A DNA stretch of 63,838 bases, the filler included. It is 7 parts of 7 records of this genome, joined end to end, with 100 filler letters (N's around TTAATTAATTAA, not from the genome) between each part and the next. Parts side by side here need not be neighbours in the genome. Positions count along the whole stretch, not along the records: positions 42,416 to 58,720 come from SRR2962707_784; 6 more parts are not named here. One strand, given 5' to 3'. A program made the position numbers and the translations under genes. The stretch's first letter is position 1. Each line of letters opens with the position of its first letter. Under the pieces are notes generated by a model that ran no database searches, had not been told where the DNA came from, and saw nothing but the letters and a program-made list of their open reading frames with translations. Shown here piece after piece: positions 42,961-52,669 of this stretch.

Positions 42961-43517
42961 TGAAATACCTTATCGTAGGGCTCGGAAACATCGGGCCCGA
43001 GTACGAACTCACACGACACAACATTGGCTTTCTAACGCTAGATCGAATGACTGACCAGGAGGGTGTCGCTTTTGAAATGAATAAGCTGGCATACACGTCC
43101 GAGATAAAGCATAAAGGCCGAACCCTTATTCTCATCAAACCTACCACTTATATGAACCTGAGTGGAAAGGCCGTCAATCATTACCTACAGCAGCATAAGA
43201 TTCCGAAGGAAAAACTACTAGTCATTACAGACGATATCGCCCTCCCCTATGGGAAAATCCGATTGAAGTCCAAAGGTTCAGCCGGGGGGCACAATGGGCT
43301 TAAAAACATTGAACAACTGTGCGGTGGCTCTAACTATCCTCGCCTACGCTTTGGTGTCGGGGATGACTTTCACAAAGGTCAGCAAGTTGATTACGTATTG
43401 AGTCCATTTACCAAACAGGAAATGGATGAGTTGGTGCTAAACATGGATCGAGCGATCGATGCAATTAAGTCGTTCTGCACCATCGGGATGGAGCGTACAA
43501 TGAATCAGTTTAACTGA
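42960..43517 (+). CDS. pth: Peptidyl-tRNA hydrolase
   Basis: LIVGLGNIG...TRHNIGF, KPTTYMNLSG, GSAGGHNGLK, YPRLRFGVG. Confidence 0.97.
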   Translation: MKYLIVGLGNIGPEYELTRHNIGFLTLDRMTDQEGVAFEMNKLAYTSEIKHKGRTLILIKPTTYMNLSGKAVNHYLQQHKIPKEKLLVITDDIALPYGKIRLKSKGSAGGHNGLKNIEQLCGGSNYPRLRFGVGDDFHKGQQVDYVLSPFTKQEMDELVLNMDRAIDAIKSFCTIGMERTMNQFN

Positions 43518-43604
43518 TGTTACATTCACGTTAAATAATGGGAGATTTGTGTTCATGCCTTAGCGGATTCACGGATAGTTTCGTGCTCATAGACAAAAAA
43601 CACC

Positions 43605-46600
43605 ATGAGCACTACATTAAGAAACCTAATCACAGTCCTTTCATTAAGCATTACCTTACTCGCATCTGCTCAGGAGACGCGTATTCATTCCGAAGATGGC
43701 CTATTCCATCATACTCCAAAGGGTGATATTCACATAAATGATTTCGATCCATTCATTCGAAGGTTTCTGAAACTTGAGCAAAATGACCAATTGATTCAGG
43801 TAAGCTCAGATGTTGATATCTCCGGCAACTCTCATATCAAATTTGTACTTATCACCAGTGGTTTAAAAAGAGATCACGAAACGATCATTGTTCATACCAA
43901 CCCAAAAGGAATTATTCTGTTTATAAATGGGGAGTACGTTCCGGTTACAAATCTGCAAGTCAAGCCTTCAATCAATGAGAGTAGCGCACTAGGTAGAGCC
44001 CTGAATCATATTAATGCTGAAAAATACAAATGGGAGACACCAGGAGCCGATGCTAACCTCTATCCAAAAGGTGAATTATTAATATACAATGGATCATTGG
44101 TTTATAAATTTATTGTTTCAGCCACTGTTCCGGAAAGCTCAAATGAAGTTTATGTAGATGCACATACAGGAAAAGTGCTAAGAACAAGTTCGATGATTAA
44201 CCATGATACAGGGATTGCACATACCAGGTATAGTGGTGTTCAGTCGATCGAAACTCATCCAAATGGTAATTCATTCCAATTAACTGATAAAATGAGAGCC
44301 TCAGATATCGAAACATACAACCTATCAAATAGCTCGACAGATTATGGAGTGGCTACCTCCTACTCTGACAATGATAATACCTGGGATGAGTATGGTTCAA
44401 ACAAAGAAGTTCAGGATGCCTTAGATGCTCACTGGGCTGCAGGACAGGTATATGACTATTGGCTCAATATCCATGGGAGAAAGAGCTTTGATGATACAAA
44501 ACTCTTTTCACAGGAAAATGGAGCTAAAATCAAAAGTTATGTACACTATGGAACCAACTCCTCGGGTGCTTCCTGGGATATGAGTACTTGGTCAATGCGA
44601 TTTGGCAATGGTGGTTCGTCCTTTAATGGCAAAACCACATTAGATGCAGTTGCACATGAATTTGCTCATGGAGTAGATCAATTCTCCTCTGCTCTTACTA
44701 ACTACCAGGAATCCGGCGCTCTAGATGAAGGTATTGCCGACATTTGGGCTACCTGTGTGGAGTATTATGTCAATGGCCTCAACATCCTACCACAACCTAA
44801 GGAAATATGGAAATTTCAATCTGAAAATATCATCAATGGAAATTCATTCAGATCTCTGGACAATCCAAATGAAAATAACCATCCGGATACTTATAAGGGA
44901 GATTACTGGTGGTATGGTACTGGAGACAAAAGCGGTATTCATACAAACTGTACCGTAGTTGGTCATTGGTTCTTTCTGGCGTCTGAAGGAGGAAGTGGTG
45001 TAAACGATCATGGTTTTTCGTATTCAGTAAATGGAGTAGGCATTTCAAAGATGGGACAGATTCTATACGAAGCTCAAAAAAATTATTTTACACAAAATAC
45101 CAATTATTATACAGCACGGATTTTAACAACTCAAGCTGCCATAATTCTATTTGGACAATCTTCACCGGAAGCCGCTGCTGTCATAGATGCCTGGGACGCA
45201 GTTGGGGTCACTGATATCTTAGCCAACCAGCCTCAATATTGTATCCCTGAAATTGATACGATAGCCTATAATAGTGAGGAATACTCAATAGATGTGAGGC
45301 CAGAAGACTTTTATCAAAACCAAACATTTCCATTCATCAACACGATGAAAATTTTCTCTGCAAATACTACCTATTTCAAAACCTGGATAGATGTAGACCA
45401 TGATGGGACTTTTGATCCGAGTGAAGAAGTGTTTTCAGGAACACACCCTATACCTAGTTATGAGCAAAATTTCGATATTCCATTAAACACTCAAGTAGGT
45501 TTTACTCGAATTAGACATATTCGAAGTTCTCAACCTATTGGAACAGCCTGTGATAATATTGAAAAAGGAGACATTGAAGATATTATAGTAAATATCTTAC
45601 CAAGTGATTACGGGGCGTGTGCGCCTTATGGAAGAAATAAGTATATAAATGGCCCTTCTTATGCCATCTCATGGATGAAGCTTGAGTCAACTGAAAATTC
45701 CTCCGATTATCTTCTATGTGATCATAACGGGAGTAGCTGTTTGACAAGTGCATTTTCAAATACAGGATATAACCCTATGCCATTGCCGACCTACAACGTG
45801 ACACCTGGAAGTTCATACAAAATTGGACTGGGTGGCACTCATCAGTATAATCCAAGTCTTGCAGAAGCGCACTGGGAAGTTTGGATAGATTATAATCAGG
45901 ACAAGGTATTCGAGGAATCAGAGCTCATCTTCAAAACTTTAGTTAGTAGCTCCAATATTATCCACCACAACTTTGATATTCCTTTTTCTGCTTTGCCAGG
46001 AGAGACCAGAATGAGAGTGAAAGTCAGAAAGTATAATAGCCCGGAGGGGCCATGCGGAGATATTGGTCTTGGTGAAGTGGAAGACTATAAAATCAACATA
46101 CTACCGTGTGAACCTTCCGCTCCTACAGGTATAAAGGTTGCACATCTCCCAAACTCTTTATCAGCCAAGATATTTTGGAATTCTGCAAATGGTGATTATC
46201 GAGTACGGGTGAGACCTACTTCTGACATTTTTTGGGAGAGTATTACAAATACAAATAGCACAAAAATTCTTCAACAATTTGATCATCCGGGAACGACATA
46301 TATAGTGCAGGTAGGCACTGTTTGCCAGGGGCAAGTGGCATGGTCTTCGTCCATATTTACACAAACAAATTGCACCATACCACAGAACGAAGGAGTGAGC
46401 CATGTCACAAGCAGTTCTGCCCAAATAAGCTGGGATGGACAGTTGGATAAAAATGGACAAATGCTGGACTATGTGATTTTTGCAAGGGAAGAACCCACTG
46501 ATCCATTCTATCCTTATTGGGCTGCCTATTATGTAAATAATGATGATAACTACCAATTGACCGGGCTTAAGGCCAACACCAATTATCAATTCAAGGTGAG

Positions 46601-46967
46601 ATCACAATGTGAAATTGGAAGTTCCAACTTCACAGAGGTAGGTACATTTAAAACGAAATATAAATTTTTCTTCAGGAGTGGGTTTGATAATACCACTAAT
46701 GCCGTTGCTGAAAATAGGATTGAAAACCTCAATGGAGACGTAACCTTGTATCCCAATCCGGTTCAGGATAGATTAAAACTTGTTATCTCAAATACTAAAA
46801 ATCCCAGAGCTGCTAACATTTTGGATGTGTCAGGAAGAATTATTCAAACGATATTAATTGACGGCAATACTTCCAGCCATGACGTGTCACAATTAAAACC
46901 AGGGACATACTTCATAAGTATCAAAGTTGAAGAAAAGAGATATAAGGTCAGATTTATAAAAAACTGA
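43605..46967 (+). CDS. T9SS-secreted M4 (thermolysin-family) metallopeptidase with GEVED and fibronectin-III domains
   Basis: Signal peptide, FTP/PepSY propeptide (VYVDAHTG), AHEFAH, ESGALDEGIADI, GIHTN. Two GEVED-like domains (WID...GDIED, GEVEDY), fn3-like domains, T9SS CTD (LYPNPV...LKPGTYF...FIKN). Confidence 0.92.
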   Translation: MSTTLRNLITVLSLSITLLASAQETRIHSEDGLFHHTPKGDIHINDFDPFIRRFLKLEQNDQLIQVSSDVDISGNSHIKFVLITSGLKRDHETIIVHTNPKGIILFINGEYVPVTNLQVKPSINESSALGRALNHINAEKYKWETPGADANLYPKGELLIYNGSLVYKFIVSATVPESSNEVYVDAHTGKVLRTSSMINHDTGIAHTRYSGVQSIETHPNGNSFQLTDKMRASDIETYNLSNSSTDYGVATSYSDNDNTWDEYGSNKEVQDALDAHWAAGQVYDYWLNIHGRKSFDDTKLFSQENGAKIKSYVHYGTNSSGASWDMSTWSMRFGNGGSSFNGKTTLDAVAHEFAHGVDQFSSALTNYQESGALDEGIADIWATCVEYYVNGLNILPQPKEIWKFQSENIINGNSFRSLDNPNENNHPDTYKGDYWWYGTGDKSGIHTNCTVVGHWFFLASEGGSGVNDHGFSYSVNGVGISKMGQILYEAQKNYFTQNTNYYTARILTTQAAIILFGQSSPEAAAVIDAWDAVGVTDILANQPQYCIPEIDTIAYNSEEYSIDVRPEDFYQNQTFPFINTMKIFSANTTYFKTWIDVDHDGTFDPSEEVFSGTHPIPSYEQNFDIPLNTQVGFTRIRHIRSSQPIGTACDNIEKGDIEDIIVNILPSDYGACAPYGRNKYINGPSYAISWMKLESTENSSDYLLCDHNGSSCLTSAFSNTGYNPMPLPTYNVTPGSSYKIGLGGTHQYNPSLAEAHWEVWIDYNQDKVFEESELIFKTLVSSSNIIHHNFDIPFSALPGETRMRVKVRKYNSPEGPCGDIGLGEVEDYKINILPCEPSAPTGIKVAHLPNSLSAKIFWNSANGDYRVRVRPTSDIFWESITNTNSTKILQQFDHPGTTYIVQVGTVCQGQVAWSSSIFTQTNCTIPQNEGVSHVTSSSAQISWDGQLDKNGQMLDYVIFAREEPTDPFYPYWAAYYVNNDDNYQLTGLKANTNYQFKVRSQCEIGSSNFTEVGTFKTKYKFFFRSGFDNTTNAVAENRIENLNGDVTLYPNPVQDRLKLVISNTKNPRAANILDVSGRIIQTILIDGNTSSHDVSQLKPGTYFISIKVEEKRYKVRFIKN

Positions 46968-47072
46968 AGCAATTAAATTGTTTCCTGGTATCAGGATGGA
47001 GCTCACAATGAATGAATTTAATTGAAAAGGATTCAGCCTCAATTCCTTATATTAAAGGATTGAAACCTGACA

Positions 47073-50030
47073 ATGATTCGAAAACTCACCATTTCATTAT
47101 TCATTGCCTTTTTTACGCATGTCTACTACGCACAGGGACAGGTCGACTCTCTGCGTCAGGCATTGCAAAATCAGAAAGAGGATACTTTGAAGGTTCAAAC
47201 TTATTTACAGTTCTTTTATTCTGATCTTTTTTATTCGAACCCGGCAGAGGTCATTGAATTCCTTAAAAAGTCAGCAGACTTATCTAGAAAACTCGGCTTT
47301 AATAAAGGCATTGCAGAAGCTTTCAATTCATTGGGCTATATGTATCGAATCAGAAGTGAAAACGATTCAGCATTTCACTATTTCAACGAAGCATTAATCA
47401 TCTCACAGAATTCTGAATATACCCAGGGCTTACTGGACGCCTATATCGGTTTAGGAAATACAAATAACCAGATTGGTAACTGGAAAGAAGCGTTGGCACA
47501 ATTCAAAAATGCTGAGAAAGTTGCCGAACGAACAAAAAATGATCGAATTGTTGCGAGTGCAAATAATAACATGGGCAACATTAGCCTGGCTCAGGGAGCG
47601 CTTTCGGATGCACTTGAGTACTATCAAAAAGCGGCTGAAAAGGGAACTCCTACTATTCGCGAGGTGGCGTTAATCAATATTGCATTGGTTCATATTGAAT
47701 TAAAGAACTTCCTAAAGGCTCGCGAGTATTTTCAGCAAGCAATTAAAATGTCTGAAATAGCAGGTACTAAATATAACCTGGCATTTATTTATGAACACCT
47801 TGGATCTGTAGAGCAAATGGATGGAAATTCTACCAAGGCTATCGATTATTACAATGAAGCTATCACACTGTTTGAATCGATTGATGAACGATACAACGTC
47901 TCTAACCTTCAGACCAACCTGGCAGATATTTACTTCGAGTCAGGAGATTATAGCAAAGCATTGAAAATGTATAGAACCAGTTTTGCTATCCAGGAAAAAA
48001 TCGACCATTTCGTTGGCCAATGCAATAACTTATTGGGAATTGGTAAAACGCTGATGGCAACCGGAGACTTTCAGGAAAGCGAAGCTGCATTATTAGACGC
48101 AAACAAAATTGCCGATAAACACCAGCTACTTACGGCTAAGGATAACGTCGTACTTTCTCTTAGCACACTGTATCAGGAAATGGGAAATTATGAAAAAGCC
48201 CTTAATTACCATATACAATACAAAATACTTAGTGACAGTTTACTTAATCAAGAAAAATCTAAGCAGATCAACGAACTGGAAACCCAATTTCAAACAACCC
48301 AGAAAGAGCAGGAAATTGATTTACTAAGTGCAGAAAATCAAATTGCTAACCTTCAAATACAAAAGCAACAAAACCTTAGAAACTACCTGCTAATCATCGC
48401 TGTTATCCTGGTTGTTCTTATCGGAGTGGTCTACAATCAGTATAACATCAAGGCAAAGGCCAACAACCGGTTGAAAGAACTCGATCAGCTTAAGACCTCC
48501 TTTTTTACGAACATTTCACACGAATTTCGAACGCCATTATCTCTCATCCTAAGCCCTATACAAAAGCTGTTACAAACCAATCATTCAGGCGAGACACAAA
48601 AAGAATTAAGCCTGATTCATCGGAATGCAACACGTCTGCTTGAATTGATTAATCAGCTACTTGACCTTTCCAAACTGGAAGACGGGAAACTCGAACTCAA
48701 AGTACGAAAAGGCAACATCAAAGAATTTTTGGAAATCAGCATAGCCTCCTTCGAATCTCTTGCCGTCGCTCAAAAGATTCGTTTTCATTCGGACCTGAAT
48801 CAGGTACCGGAAGTGGTATACTTTGATGAAGATAAGGTCCAAAAGATTATAACGAACTTGCTCTCCAATGCTTTTAAATTCACTCCATCTGAAGGAAGCG
48901 TAAGCCTAACCACAACATTTGAAAACGGACAGTTGCTGATTGCTATATCAGATACCGGACCAGGGATTGAGCCTTCCGAATTGAAAAACATTTTTCATCG
49001 GTTTCATCAAAGCTCTGCAACTAATCCCAATGCGGCCGGGACTGGAATTGGGCTCACTCTGACTAAGGAATTGGCAACCTTGCATCATGGAAAAATCGAA
49101 GTTGAAAGCACGCCTGGTAAAGGGAGCACTTTTACATTCATATTTCCCACAAATAAGGCGGCTTATGCAAACTTCGAAATCACAGAAAAAGACGCAGAAA
49201 CAACTACAGCTCTGTCAAGACAGAAACCTGACATTACAGAATCAACTTCCGAAAAGGAAATGCTGGGAACAGATATCCCGGTTGTATTGATTGTTGAGGA
49301 CAATGCAGATTTACGGTTACACATCAGTTCCCTTCTGCAAAAATATTATATCGTTCATGAATCAATACATGGAAGAGAAGGAATCAACGACGCTTTAAAG
49401 CTGGTGCCCGATATCATCATCTCAGACCTGATGATGCCGGAGGCTGATGGAATTACACTCTGCAACGAACTGAAGGTGAATGAGAAAACCAGTCACATCC
49501 CCATTGTTTTGCTCACAGCCAAAGCAGATAAAGAGACAAAGCTGGAAGGACTAACAAAGGGGGCTGACGAATACCTAACCAAACCTTTTGACAATGAAGA
49601 GTTGCTTATCAGGGTTGAAAACCTGATCAAATCAAGAAGCACACTCAAGCAAAAATTCAGTCAGACGTTAAAATTGGAGCCTTCGCAAATCGAGGTGAAT
49701 TCACCCGATGAAGCTTTCATCAGAAAAGCCATGGAAATAGTTGATCAGCATTTATCTGATGAGACTTTTACCGTTGAGGCATTTCAAAAGGAGATGGGAA
49801 TGAGTCGTATGCAGCTTCACAGAAAGCTAAAAGCACTCACTCATTTTTCAGCCAGTGAATTCATCCGGGACCTTCGTCTACAGCGAGCAGCCACCCTCCT
49901 ATCTGGTGGTCACATGAATGTAGCAGAAACAGCCTACAGTTGTGGATTCAACAGCCTCTCCTATTTCACTCAATGTTTCAAAGAAAGGTTTGGATCCACT
50001 CCTTCTCACTTCACAAAAAAAGCGTCCTAA
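47073..50030 (+). CDS. Hybrid two-component system: periplasmic TPR sensor, TM, HisKA, HATPase, receiver, AraC HTH
   Basis: TPR repeats, FFTNISHEFRTPL, NLLSNAFKFT, DTGPGI, GTGIGL, IVEDN...SDLMMP...KPF, SRMQLHRKLK...GFNSLSYF. Confidence 0.95.
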   Translation: MIRKLTISLFIAFFTHVYYAQGQVDSLRQALQNQKEDTLKVQTYLQFFYSDLFYSNPAEVIEFLKKSADLSRKLGFNKGIAEAFNSLGYMYRIRSENDSAFHYFNEALIISQNSEYTQGLLDAYIGLGNTNNQIGNWKEALAQFKNAEKVAERTKNDRIVASANNNMGNISLAQGALSDALEYYQKAAEKGTPTIREVALINIALVHIELKNFLKAREYFQQAIKMSEIAGTKYNLAFIYEHLGSVEQMDGNSTKAIDYYNEAITLFESIDERYNVSNLQTNLADIYFESGDYSKALKMYRTSFAIQEKIDHFVGQCNNLLGIGKTLMATGDFQESEAALLDANKIADKHQLLTAKDNVVLSLSTLYQEMGNYEKALNYHIQYKILSDSLLNQEKSKQINELETQFQTTQKEQEIDLLSAENQIANLQIQKQQNLRNYLLIIAVILVVLIGVVYNQYNIKAKANNRLKELDQLKTSFFTNISHEFRTPLSLILSPIQKLLQTNHSGETQKELSLIHRNATRLLELINQLLDLSKLEDGKLELKVRKGNIKEFLEISIASFESLAVAQKIRFHSDLNQVPEVVYFDEDKVQKIITNLLSNAFKFTPSEGSVSLTTTFENGQLLIAISDTGPGIEPSELKNIFHRFHQSSATNPNAAGTGIGLTLTKELATLHHGKIEVESTPGKGSTFTFIFPTNKAAYANFEITEKDAETTTALSRQKPDITESTSEKEMLGTDIPVVLIVEDNADLRLHISSLLQKYYIVHESIHGREGINDALKLVPDIIISDLMMPEADGITLCNELKVNEKTSHIPIVLLTAKADKETKLEGLTKGADEYLTKPFDNEELLIRVENLIKSRSTLKQKFSQTLKLEPSQIEVNSPDEAFIRKAMEIVDQHLSDETFTVEAFQKEMGMSRMQLHRKLKALTHFSASEFIRDLRLQRAATLLSGGHMNVAETAYSCGFNSLSYFTQCFKERFGSTPSHFTKKAS

Positions 50031-50137
50031 TGGCCTAAAAAAGGCTATGTTACATTTCGATCGATTTTTGGGATATACCCGTAGATCAATCCTGCTTTCA
50101 TCTTCTACATTGGTCTCACCTAATTAAAATGTAGATT

Positions 50138-50602
50138 ATGAAACACCTGAAATTACTCCTCTTGTCCCTGCTGCTGGTAGCATGCTATGGACAGAAATCT
50201 CCTGAAAAACCCAAGCTGGACATCAAGGATGAACTAGCAAAAATCGAACAAACTCGAAATGGTTTTATGCTAGCAATCGAGGAAAAGCGATATCAAGATT
50301 TGGGAAAGTATACTACCGCTAATATGGAAAGAGTTGGACCTGCAACTACTAAATGGATGGAGATGTACAAACTAGGACAAGATCGGGGTGCTTTTCCCTA
50401 CGATCGTATCATTATGAATCCCAGGGAAACTGTGATCGTAAGTGATTCGGTGGCTTATGATTACGGAACCAGTCAGGTATTCTATACCAATGAAACCGGT
50501 GAAGAAGTCATGCTCACCAACTCATTCCTTGTTATTATGAAGAAAGTTCAGGACGGAAGCTGGAGGTTACATAGAGAAGTAGCTTCAGGTCAGGTGAAGT
50601 AA
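50138..50602 (+). CDS. NTF2-like (DUF4440) lipoprotein
   Basis: Lipobox LLVAC. VAYDYG and C-terminal KKVQDGSWRLHRE typical of the NTF2 fold. Confidence 0.75.
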   Translation: MKHLKLLLLSLLLVACYGQKSPEKPKLDIKDELAKIEQTRNGFMLAIEEKRYQDLGKYTTANMERVGPATTKWMEMYKLGQDRGAFPYDRIIMNPRETVIVSDSVAYDYGTSQVFYTNETGEEVMLTNSFLVIMKKVQDGSWRLHREVASGQVK

Positions 50603-50608
50603 AATATA

Positions 50609-51205
50609 ATGACGATGAAAAGAATACTAGCCATTATAACATTAGGTTCCTCGTTTTTAGCTTTTGCTCAGCAGGATACCCTGATGTCGAAACCGACATT
50701 ATCCAGGGAAGAAATCAACAAAGAGATTGCGCGTAAATTCTATGAAGACCTCTGGTTTACCAACAACACGGATAAGTACGCTGAGTATGTAGCCGATAAC
50801 TACGTAGTACATGACATAGGAGACCGAAAGGATGTGATTGAGCCTGCAATTGAACAAAAAATAGTGGCAGATCGATTCTGGGATAACGGTACCTGGAATT
50901 CAAAGATCAATTATCAAATTGCTGAAGGTGACCTGGTGGCTACACGATGGGAAGCCACCTATAAACCAACCACCTTTTTAGGTAAGGTAGTTTTTGGGGC
51001 TGGCACCATTCCGATAATTAACGTATTCCGGTTCAATGAAGAAGGAAAAATAGTAGAGATATGGAATCACCGCCATGATATTGATACCAATCAAACCATG
51101 ATATTTACCATCAAGGGATTGTTGATTGGTTTACTCATCGCTCTGATTCCCACTTTCATTGCTTTCCGCCTAAAGCGCAAAATTAAACAGCTACAATCCA
51201 CTTGA
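50609..51205 (+). CDS. SnoaL/ester-cyclase-like NTF2-fold protein with signal peptide and C-terminal TM anchor
   Basis: NKEIARKFYEDLW, QIAEGDLVATRW, FRFNEEGKIVEIW, hydrophobic GLLIGLLIALIPTFIAF followed by RLKRK. Confidence 0.78.
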   Translation: MTMKRILAIITLGSSFLAFAQQDTLMSKPTLSREEINKEIARKFYEDLWFTNNTDKYAEYVADNYVVHDIGDRKDVIEPAIEQKIVADRFWDNGTWNSKINYQIAEGDLVATRWEATYKPTTFLGKVVFGAGTIPIINVFRFNEEGKIVEIWNHRHDIDTNQTMIFTIKGLLIGLLIALIPTFIAFRLKRKIKQLQST

Positions 51206-51237
51206 TCTGATTCAACCAGCAATAAACCCGAATCACG

Positions 51238-51969
51238 ATGCACAAATACAAATCCCTTCATCTCTGGATGCTCATCCCAATGGTCTTCATGCAGCTAGGA
51301 ATAGCTATGGACTATTGGGGTGACTTTACCGACAATGCCTGGTCCGTACACATCCATTACTGGACAGGCACCATCTGGTATCTCTACCTTATTATCCAAC
51401 CTTACTATGCTACACATGGTAAGCTGGAAAAGCACCGGACCAATGGTATCATTGGGATGTTTCTGGCTGGTGGTGTATGTCTCACTGCTTTCAGTATGAT
51501 GTATCGGGATATTGAAAACGTAAATATGTCTGCCGCCAACCCGGAACGATTTGGGCCTTTTACTCCCGATTTCTTCTATGGAGTGGCTGCCTGCGAAATC
51601 CCCATGATACTGATTTTCGGATATGCGGTGATCATGAGTATCATCAAACGCAAGCAACTGGAAGACCATGCCTGGTGGCTTGTTTCTACAGTATTTATCA
51701 TAATGATGCCAGCTTTAGGAAGAGGAGTTCAGCTTTTCTTCATCATTCCCCAGGCTGATAAGTGGCCTAACATTGATATCGTGTTTCCTACTCTATTGAG
51801 TCAATTCATTATCATTCTTCTGATATTGATCACTGCATGGAAATATGATAAGCTTAAACATCCAGCTACCTATTGGGCTTTGGGTATCAACGTTTACTGT
51901 CTTTTCATATTCCAGATAGGCGAAACCAAATGGGTTCAGGATGTATTAAATGCGCTCTTAAAAGGATAA
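51238..51969 (+). CDS. Polytopic membrane protein (DUF2306-like)
   Basis: About 7 TM helices with H-x6-W...IIQP, HRTNG and H-x-WW motifs. Confidence 0.65.
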   Translation: MHKYKSLHLWMLIPMVFMQLGIAMDYWGDFTDNAWSVHIHYWTGTIWYLYLIIQPYYATHGKLEKHRTNGIIGMFLAGGVCLTAFSMMYRDIENVNMSAANPERFGPFTPDFFYGVAACEIPMILIFGYAVIMSIIKRKQLEDHAWWLVSTVFIIMMPALGRGVQLFFIIPQADKWPNIDIVFPTLLSQFIIILLILITAWKYDKLKHPATYWALGINVYCLFIFQIGETKWVQDVLNALLKG

Positions 51970-51991
51970 CTAAACCTCATTCTAATTAGGT

Positions 51992-52615
51992 ATGAAAAAG
52001 AACTTCTTCACCAAAAACTACTTTTTTGCTCTCAGTGTAACCATCCTGATCATGAGCCTCATTGCCTTCTCTGACAATATGTTTACAGATGTGGATCAAC
52101 CAAGCAATAGTGACCCTCGAATGATCATTCATGGATTGATCATGTTTGCTTGGACCATCGTACTAATTCTACAAACCAATCATATCAGAAAACTCAATGT
52201 GAAACAACATATGCGCTTTGGGATGATTGGTTTCGCAATCGCATGCATGATGCTGGTGAGTATATTCTATCTCTCCTATATAGGTCCAGATTTCGCAGAT
52301 CTTCCCTTCTTCGGCAAAGCCAATCGAATTTTTATTCCTGCATTTGCGGTCATGATGGCATTTGCTTACCTCAAGCGGGAGAAAAAGATGCTACACCAGT
52401 ACCTCATTTTTGCAGGTATGATGCTAGCTATGGAGCCCATCCTGAGTCGTTTTTGTGGCAACTTAGGAATAGACCCGGGCGCTTATGCCGGACTTATCTG
52501 GCTGTTTCTATGGGTCTCCATTTTCGTCTACGACATTGTTTCAAGAAGAAAACTCCACCCAGTTCTTTATGTTGGGTTTATTTTCTGGATAGCTGTATAT
52601 ATTATGGTTGCTTAG
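51992..52615 (+). CDS. Polytopic membrane protein, related in pattern to the preceding gene
   Basis: IHGLIMFAW...LQT, HMRFG, LHQYL, RKLHPV. About 7 TM helices. Confidence 0.65.
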   Translation: MKKNFFTKNYFFALSVTILIMSLIAFSDNMFTDVDQPSNSDPRMIIHGLIMFAWTIVLILQTNHIRKLNVKQHMRFGMIGFAIACMMLVSIFYLSYIGPDFADLPFFGKANRIFIPAFAVMMAFAYLKREKKMLHQYLIFAGMMLAMEPILSRFCGNLGIDPGAYAGLIWLFLWVSIFVYDIVSRRKLHPVLYVGFIFWIAVYIMVA

Positions 52616-52630
52616 AGTTTCGAATCGGTT

Positions 52631-52666
52631 TAGCCCCTGTTAGGGTTTGGAACCCTAACAGGGCTA
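52631..52666. repeat. REP-like inverted repeat / bidirectional terminator between convergent operons
   Basis: TAGCCCCTGTTAGGGTT-tgg-AACCCTAACAGGGCTA. Confidence 0.75.
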
Positions 52667-52669
52667 TTA

